From a virus, in the IMG/VR virus record IMGVR_UViG_3300006310_000001: a stretch of 64,000 bases of DNA. One strand, written 5' to 3'. The position numbers and the translations under genes were made by a program. The notes below the pieces were generated by a model, which did not search any database, was not told where the DNA came from, and saw only the letters and a program-made list of their open reading frames with translations. Shown one piece after another: positions 57,359 to 64,000 of this stretch. Position 1 is the first letter of the stretch, and the number at the start of each line of letters is the position of its first letter.

Positions 57359-57824
57359 TATAAATTTTAAGTGCTTCTAAAGGAGTTTTTGCTTTTCTAA
57401 TAGCAGATTTTGTACTTTGGTCTTTACAATTCTTTACTACATCTTGTTCAAACAAATATATTTTAAAATTGAATAAACGGTCTATATGTTCTTTCTTATT
57501 ACTTAAAAGAAAATCCATCATCAACTCAATAAATTTAGGATTAACCTCTTCTATTATATCTTTAATAAGACCTTCTTTTTGTGCTATATTTTTAATTTGA
57601 CTAATATAAGCTTTTCGTTCTTCTTGTTTTTTAGTATAAGTATTTTCGTGAAGTTGGTCTAAAGAACAAAGTTTTAATAACTCTTGACAATTTGGATTGT
57701 CAACATCATATTCAAGTATATGTGGATTGACTGCTGTTCCGTCATCACTTTTTAATAATACTTCAATATTTTTTCTTTCATTATCTATGAAATGTGCTGT
57801 TATAAAATTTTCTTCATTAATCAT
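57327..57824 (-). CDS. Hypothetical protein, possibly a fibre assembly factor
   Basis: 165-aa ORF with an AGGAG SD; its 3' end overlaps the plus-strand operon by 32 bp. Confidence 0.6.
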   Translation of the reverse strand: MINEENFITAHFIDNERKNIEVLLKSDDGTAVNPHILEYDVDNPNCQELLKLCSLDQLHENTYTKKQEERKAYISQIKNIAQKEGLIKDIIEEVNPKFIELMMDFLLSNKKEHIDRLFNFKIYLFEQDVVKNCKDQSTKSAIRKAKTPLEALKIYIKLWEDTNKI

Positions 57825-57840
57825 AATATACTCCTATAAT

Positions 57841-58770
57841 TTACGATTTTAATATTTTCAAATACCAAGTATTTGCTGTTGTAGGTGTACCATTTGGAAA
57901 CTCTTGCGCTCTATAATCATCTCCACCCGCTTGATGTGTTTGATAATCTCCTGTACCTGTCAGTATTGTATCTGCCATACCAGAACCTCTATTTACTCCA
58001 CTTGCATAACTATAAGTTATTTTATAACCATCTACTGAAGCAGCGGCAGTATATTTAATATGACTTGCTAATAATGTTTCAAAAGCAACTTCTGTAAAAT
58101 CTTGTAAATCATTTCCACCAGTTACATAAAGCGGACTTCTTGTTATAGTAGTATCAACACCATCTACTCTATGCAAATAATAACTTGCAATTGTTGTAGG
58201 TTGGTCTAAATCTTCAGGAATATCTCCAGCAGCATAAGCAGTTGTATCTGCTTGAGTATTTACATAAATTGGTGTTGCGTTAACTAAAGTAGAACCTGCA
58301 ACACTATTTGAAGCATTAATATGATATGTTCCAGCTTGTTCACTTGTTGTGGTCGCCGCTGTCAATAAATCAATAGCAGGATGTATAAATGTATCTTTAA
58401 CATCTTGTAAAGACATTGCTTGAATATCATTACCTGCTGTTCTATAGACAGGCCAACTTTTTCCTGAATCAGTTGGTGCTGAACCAGAGGTTACAGTTTG
58501 CTCTATTTTATCGTAAGTAATAGTTACCGTTGTAGGTTCTGGTGTTGTTGCTTCATTTGGAAATGCTGAAGCGTGTGTTAACATAGCACCCGCTTGTTGT
58601 CTTGTATCAGTTATTGATCCTACGTTTCCGCCAGAACCTACTACTGATAATACAACAGATGGTGTTTGTGAATATTGATAAATTGCTTGTGCTATTATTT
58701 GGTCTACTTCGGCAGAAGACATCTCTTTCAAATTGCCGCCGCTATAATATAAAGGAGCTCGTATAGCCAT
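57841..58770 (-). CDS. Probable virion structural protein with three internal repeats
   Basis: Repeats APLYYSGGNLKEMS / WPVYRTAGNDIQAMS / SPLYVTGGNDLQDFT; Thr/Ala-rich. Confidence 0.6.
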   Translation of the reverse strand: MAIRAPLYYSGGNLKEMSSAEVDQIIAQAIYQYSQTPSVVLSVVGSGGNVGSITDTRQQAGAMLTHASAFPNEATTPEPTTVTITYDKIEQTVTSGSAPTDSGKSWPVYRTAGNDIQAMSLQDVKDTFIHPAIDLLTAATTTSEQAGTYHINASNSVAGSTLVNATPIYVNTQADTTAYAAGDIPEDLDQPTTIASYYLHRVDGVDTTITRSPLYVTGGNDLQDFTEVAFETLLASHIKYTAAASVDGYKITYSYASGVNRGSGMADTILTGTGDYQTHQAGGDDYRAQEFPNGTPTTANTWYLKILKS

Positions 58771-58781
58771 AATTAAATCTC

Positions 58782-59714
58782 CTATGTAGCACTACCAACA
58801 ATCGTCTTTTGCGCTACTCCCGCTGAATTGTAGATTACTAAAGTTGATGAAGATGTAAAAATAGTACCATCAGCATATCCTGTCGTATTAGTTAAAGCAA
58901 CTGTTCCTGTTGAGTCAGGTAATGTTACTATTCTTTCTGCTGTAGGGTCTGTAGGTCTTATATATGTTTTAAATGCGTCATTTGTTGCACCTTCAAAATA
59001 AATACCTAAATTGCTATTTGCACCTGTTAAGTAAATAGCCCCACTTGTTGTTATATTATTTGTTGATATATGACTACCACCAAAATTAACACTATCTCCT
59101 GTGCGAGCAGTAATAGTATTTGTTTTTAATCCACCTTCAATTTGAACATCATCATCAAAATGAAGTACAGTAGAATCTGTAGATGAAAATGTATTACCAA
59201 CTACTGAAACTGTTCCTAAAGTATTCGTCCCACCTGTAGTTGTAATAGTCGGCGCTGTGATATTATTTGCTTGTATGTCACCAGTTGTTATTATATGGTC
59301 ATCTCCAAAATCTATAGAACCACTTGAATCTGTAATAGAACCATTTGTTAAAGTTAAACTTCCTGCAGATACAATTGGAGCTGATAAAGAAGTAGTAATA
59401 TTAACAACATTTGTTAAACCAATTGTTAAAATATCTGGAACAGATACAACAGCAGTTGTTTGGTTTGAAACACCTTTAAATTGAGCAGTTTGACCTGCAC
59501 CAATTTGCTGTACAGTTGAAGAAGAATCTTCCATCTTCCAACCTTCAGCAGCAAAAATTTGACTAGCTAATTCATTAACTGCACCAATAACACTAGTTGC
59601 CGACATTGAAGGGTCTAAAGTTCCAATATCTCCAAAATCATTTAGACACATATCGTTAAAATTTGTTCTAAATTGTTCTAGTGTATCTGTTAATGCTATA
59701 TTTCTTACAGCCAT
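58782..59714 (-). CDS. Fibre-like virion protein
   Basis: TDTLEQFRTNFN N-terminus; Thr/Ser/Gly-rich; FEGATNDAF..PTDPTAERIVTLPD module. Confidence 0.6.
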   Translation of the reverse strand: MAVRNIALTDTLEQFRTNFNDMCLNDFGDIGTLDPSMSATSVIGAVNELASQIFAAEGWKMEDSSSTVQQIGAGQTAQFKGVSNQTTAVVSVPDILTIGLTNVVNITTSLSAPIVSAGSLTLTNGSITDSSGSIDFGDDHIITTGDIQANNITAPTITTTGGTNTLGTVSVVGNTFSSTDSTVLHFDDDVQIEGGLKTNTITARTGDSVNFGGSHISTNNITTSGAIYLTGANSNLGIYFEGATNDAFKTYIRPTDPTAERIVTLPDSTGTVALTNTTGYADGTIFTSSSTLVIYNSAGVAQKTIVGSAT

Positions 59715-59715
59715 T

Positions 59716-59937
59716 TTATTTTATAACCTTCTTAATTAAATCTTTTATTTCTCTTAATTCTTTCTTTAAATTATTTATCTCGGAACACATACCTCTTAAT
59801 TGGTCTGCATTCTCTTCTCTTTGTCTTATTCTTTTCATATAGATAGCATATTCATTACTTGTTCTTACTATAGCATTAGTACTTATATCTCTAACTAAAT
59901 TTGAGTGTCCTTCAACTTTCAATATTCCGTTTGCCAT
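59716..59937 (-). CDS. Conserved small hypothetical protein
   Basis: LKVEGHSNLVRDISTNAIV followed by a coiled coil. Confidence 0.6.
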   Translation of the reverse strand: MANGILKVEGHSNLVRDISTNAIVRTSNEYAIYMKRIRQREENADQLRGMCSEINNLKKELREIKDLIKKVIK

Positions 59938-59941
59938 TTTA

Positions 59942-62900
59942 TTATATCGCCAATGCTACTGTTCTCATATCTCTTACAATTGGAGGATATGATGAGATAG
60001 ACCCTTTCATTACTATTTTAATTTGTAAAGATGTAAATGGATTTAAACTAGCTACTGAATATTTGTATTCTCTAAATGTTGTGTCATCTTCAGCAGGTGT
60101 TACTGTTGTATCTTCCGAACCATCTGTATTAAATGGTGTCCAAGATAAATCTTCAATCTTTCTATCATCTTCTGGTCCTAATGTTCTATGATAAACTTGT
60201 ACTACTGAACTTGACCTAACATTTGAAGTCAATCTAACGTCTAAAGAAGTTGATGAATTTTCTAATACTACAGGTTTAGTTAAATAAAGAGCAGCTGTAG
60301 ATGAACCAGTTGAAGCAATATCATCAACAAAATCTGGTGTATTACCAGAAGTTGGATTATTTAATCTATTTGAAATCATAAAAGCACTCATTCGTTGTGT
60401 ATCTAAAACTGGTGAAACTTTTGTATTAGTAGTTAAAAGTTTTAAATTTAACCAAAAAGATTTTTGACCTGACATTTCATTTGTTTCATTTATTTCACTC
60501 ATTACAGCTTTTGGATTGTTAAAGTGTACATTTTCAGAATTAACAACAGCAACTTTATTTGCCGTTGAAGTTAAACTAAATTCTGATTCTGCACCGTGCA
60601 TTGATTGTCCAGTAGTTGGTCTAATATACCATTCAATACTTGTACCAGGTAATTTCATTGTTTGAACACCTGATAAATTCATTACATCATATTTTCTATT
60701 TTGTGTTGCAGTTACAGTATTGCTTCCAATATCACCAGTAGCAGTTGCTGTTCCAGCTGTTGTAATATCATAACTATCTAGGGTTACATTTGAAATACTT
60801 GTATATGTTCCATTTAAATCAGTATGAGCAATACCATTATAGGTACCAGCCGACACTCCTGCAATGGTCACATTATTTGATGTGCCGTGCATTCCGTGAT
60901 TTGGATGATAAACTCTAACTACACCTGAAGCATTTGTTGTTCGTAATGGATTAAGTTTAAGTGTTCTAGCAGGTAAAGTATTATTTGTCAACATAACATC
61001 TCCAGTTACATTTTCAAATTCTGCTCTCTTCAATGTAAATTTAATATCTTCGTTTTGTTCAGTTGTCCAAGTCACACCATTTTGTGATTTAAACATTACA
61101 CCAGCATATGGTTGTGCTGATATTGTTCTATCTGAACCTATTACAGTTTCTCCCAATCTACCAACATAACAATTGTAATCAGTTGAGTTTGCCATTAATA
61201 CAAAAGAATATTCTGTATTTTCTTGTACATAAACAGGACTTGCAAAAGTAAATGTAGTTTTAACTGTTGCGTCAGCACTTATATTAACTGAAGGTGGATT
61301 TAATGATACTTCACTAAACGGTAATATATTTTGTCCTGGATAACCATTTACAGTATTTCTAATTTGTAAAGTTAAAGGTACATTAGCGTCTTTAGAACTG
61401 AAAAATAAATCCATAGATGTTAAGAAAACACCTCCAGCGTCATCAATCATAAATGTTTGTGCTAATGGATCGTGATAACCAACTTGTCTAGCTGCCCCTC
61501 GTTGGACATCCGTTCTAGTTACATTTTCTGTTTCATTAGTTGCTCTAAATTCTATAGCAGCTGTTCTTGTAGAAATAATTGTATTTTGTACTGTTTCTAT
61601 AATACCTCTAGCAATATATTCAGCATTAGCAGCTGTATCTGGTGCTTGTGTTAAAACGTTTGTAGATGAACTTGTTAATCTAAAAATTCTTTGACCTGTT
61701 CGCCATCTTGGATTTGAATTTACTTTTGGATCAGGTATTGCAAAAGTTCCCGTTACAGCACCGTTAGCATCCGTGACAAGATTACCACCTAAAGAACCAC
61801 CATCTGGTGTTATGTAAGTAGATATATCATCACTATCAAAGAAAGCATAAACTCTTGTATTTGGTCTCATTCTTGTAGCAGTAAATGATACTGTTCTACT
61901 TCTAATAAACGGAACAAATGCTACACTTATAATTCTATCACCAATACTATTTGTTATTGTTTTTGGAACTATTACTTGTCTAATTCCTGCTCTTGTTCTT
62001 GTTCCAGTTTGAGTAGTTGTTTGGATATCTCTTTGCATTACTCTCCAACCGTGACCACCTCTTTGTTCAAAATTTTCTGTAGTATTAGTTGTTGATGTTC
62101 CAGTCCAATTATTTGTCCACTCGTTCCATACTGTACCTATCTCTACTTCTTGAAGATTTGGATTACCAGAAACAGCAACTAAAGTATCCCAAGTACCATC
62201 ATCATTTGTAATTGTTAATTCTGGTGCTCTTTCTGTTTCTTTCCATTCATCATTTGCTGGTGTTAATGCAATTGAACCTATCCAAGTAAATATTCCAAAT
62301 GGGTTAACATTAATTGATTTACTTGCATACGGTTGAGTTATTAAAGCAGTTTCACTATAAGGTAATGTAATTAAATCTCCAGTTTTTTGGTATTGTCCAT
62401 CCGTTCTATCAGCGGCAACAATAGCTGTACCATCACCATCACGTTCAATAAGTTGAATAGCATCCTCGTGGAATGTTGGTCTCATTTCACCTTTCGCCAT
62501 ATCCATTGAAACTTTATAATCTACATTTCCTGGGTCACCTATTGCGTGTCCTGTAAAATTATCTACAACAAATCCATTTTTAAATCTATCAAATCCATCA
62601 GCGTCTTGTATTTGTAATGTTTGAGCAGCAACTTCTAATAAAGACAATTGAGTATAATATTCAACATTTGTTATTCTTCTTTCTAAATGTCCAATATCTC
62701 TCATTGTATATCTTCGGTTGTCAACTGTTTCTATACTAACATCAGCTGTATCTAATCCATAACTTGGTAAAAATAAAGTGTACATATGCATAGCATTATC
62801 TAAAGAACCAGGAACATCTGGTGTTGCTGAACTTGCACCACTCAATACTTGAAATTTTCCAGCTGAATCTAAATATATTTTATCAACTCTTTGTAAATAA

Positions 62901-64000
62901 TATTCAAAATCGGATGTTATGTCTGTACCAAATTTAACTGAATCAACTGTAGAAGCACCTACACCGTCATATGAACGGTCTTGGCTACCTGAATTTATTG
63001 TTGAAGCGTCATCAACTCTTGGTCTGAAATCTAAAGTATCTCTTAATTCAAATCTTTCATTAGTTGTTGATGATTCGTATGCTGGTATATTTTCATAATC
63101 AACAATACCTGAATAAGAGTCTACATCAAAATAATCTCCAGAACCGTGAGAGAAGTAATCAAAATTAACTAGTAATCTTCCTGTTGGTGTTAATGCACCA
63201 TTTTTTAATTTAATTCTTCCAATGTCATAGAAGTTATCTCTTTGTCCTGTATCTAAATCAAATCTATCTGTAATATCTGTATCACCAGCAATAGCATTTG
63301 TAGAAAAATCTGCTGCCATATAAATGTTATTAATTTTATAAACATCTGCTCTACCTAATCCACATACACCAGATTCAACAGTTGCTTGTGTAGCAATTTG
63401 TACTGTTTGTGCTGAATTTAATGTTTTAGTTTTAGAACTTGCAACTGAACGATTAACTGTTGCTAATATTTTTACTTTATGTCCTGCATAATTAGTACCA
63501 AAATTTAATGTTAAAGTTTTACCAGTTGGAGAACCTGCTAAAGTAAATATTGTTTGTGCTAAATGGTTAGTACCACTTAAACTTAATATATCTGATACTG
63601 CACCAGCACTACCACCACCAGTTGTCATAATAGAAACAGTAAAGTCTGATTCTTTTAATCCACTAAATGTTTCATTTGTTCCTGCTGTAATTGAAGCGTC
63701 ACCATTACCTGATAATGTTGCTGTGAAATGTCTTCTAATTGCAAAATTTGTATCTGTTATTCCTGAATTAACAGTTGTCTTTAATGTCTTAATAGTTTCA
63801 TAAGGCATTTTAAAGATAGAAATATTTTTACCTGGTTCTTTTACTGCACCACGTCCTCTAGTAAAAGATGATTTGGTAACATCAGCACCTGCACCTAAAG
63901 TTACTGCAAAACTTGTATCATTAATAACATAGGCTACTTCATTTGTTTCTGCAAGAGGAGTATTTGTTATATATGTAATTTTATCTCCAATTTTTAATTC
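59942..64000 (-). CDS. Large baseplate/tail structural protein, 5' end outside the window
   Basis: The frame stays open from 63808 to 64000 (hand-translated ELKIGDKITY...), so the ORF-track start is internal. DGFDRFKNGFVVDNF, NVNPFGIF and DPLAQTF motifs are typical of large T4-like aquatic phage virion proteins. Confidence 0.75.
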   Translation of the reverse strand, partial: ELKIGDKITYITNTPLAETNEVAYVINDTSFAVTLGAGADVTKSSFTRGRGAVKEPGKNISIFKMPYETIKTLKTTVNSGITDTNFAIRRHFTATLSGNGDASITAGTNETFSGLKESDFTVSIMTTGGGSAGAVSDILSLSGTNHLAQTIFTLAGSPTGKTLTLNFGTNYAGHKVKILATVNRSVASSKTKTLNSAQTVQIATQATVESGVCGLGRADVYKINNIYMAADFSTNAIAGDTDITDRFDLDTGQRDNFYDIGRIKLKNGALTPTGRLLVNFDYFSHGSGDYFDVDSYSGIVDYENIPAYESSTTNERFELRDTLDFRPRVDDASTINSGSQDRSYDGVGASTVDSVKFGTDITSDFEYYLQRVDKIYLDSAGKFQVLSGASSATPDVPGSLDNAMHMYTLFLPSYGLDTADVSIETVDNRRYTMRDIGHLERRITNVEYYTQLSLLEVAAQTLQIQDADGFDRFKNGFVVDNFTGHAIGDPGNVDYKVSMDMAKGEMRPTFHEDAIQLIERDGDGTAIVAADRTDGQYQKTGDLITLPYSETALITQPYASKSINVNPFGIFTWIGSIALTPANDEWKETERAPELTITNDDGTWDTLVAVSGNPNLQEVEIGTVWNEWTNNWTGTSTTNTTENFEQRGGHGWRVMQRDIQTTTQTGTRTRAGIRQVIVPKTITNSIGDRIISVAFVPFIRSRTVSFTATRMRPNTRVYAFFDSDDISTYITPDGGSLGGNLVTDANGAVTGTFAIPDPKVNSNPRWRTGQRIFRLTSSSTNVLTQAPDTAANAEYIARGIIETVQNTIISTRTAAIEFRATNETENVTRTDVQRGAARQVGYHDPLAQTFMIDDAGGVFLTSMDLFFSSKDANVPLTLQIRNTVNGYPGQNILPFSEVSLNPPSVNISADATVKTTFTFASPVYVQENTEYSFVLMANSTDYNCYVGRLGETVIGSDRTISAQPYAGVMFKSQNGVTWTTEQNEDIKFTLKRAEFENVTGDVMLTNNTLPARTLKLNPLRTTNASGVVRVYHPNHGMHGTSNNVTIAGVSAGTYNGIAHTDLNGTYTSISNVTLDSYDITTAGTATATGDIGSNTVTATQNRKYDVMNLSGVQTMKLPGTSIEWYIRPTTGQSMHGAESEFSLTSTANKVAVVNSENVHFNNPKAVMSEINETNEMSGQKSFWLNLKLLTTNTKVSPVLDTQRMSAFMISNRLNNPTSGNTPDFVDDIASTGSSTAALYLTKPVVLENSSTSLDVRLTSNVRSSSVVQVYHRTLGPEDDRKIEDLSWTPFNTDGSEDTTVTPAEDDTTFREYKYSVASLNPFTSLQIKIVMKGSISSYPPIVRDMRTVALAI

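Noticed and set aside
1-64000. tRNA or rRNA genes
   Set aside because: Intergenic gaps are mostly under 100 bp and none showed a cloverleaf or T-loop GTTCRA context by eye; a tRNAscan-SE run would settle this.

Overview
The window is 64 kb of an AT-rich T4-like (myovirus) phage genome, with almost all genes on the minus strand. Gene order and content resemble aquatic T4-like phages. The Shemin-type ALA synthase, peptide deformylase and low GC suggest an alphaproteobacterial, possibly SAR11-like, host (inference). Read from high to low coordinates: a baseplate/tail structural gene cut by the window edge; a ~9.5 kb bidirectional island of radical SAM, SPASM, 2OG-Fe(II) oxygenase, epimerase, methyltransferase, GNAT-like and glycosyltransferase genes with T4 late-promoter motifs at its divergent junctions; a tail-fibre module including a 2429-aa repeat protein; heme oxygenase plus a bilin reductase; neck, terminase, tail, portal and head genes gp13-gp23, with 5-aminolevulinate synthase inserted between gp16 and gp17; gp3, uvsY, uvsW, gp55, gp47 and gp46 with inserted oxygenases and a flavin halogenase; then def, a DNA methyltransferase and a CobT/CobS-like VWA-AAA+ pair. 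I saw no tRNA, rRNA, CRISPR array, intein or transposase. All calls come from motif recognition and synteny by eye; no searches were run.
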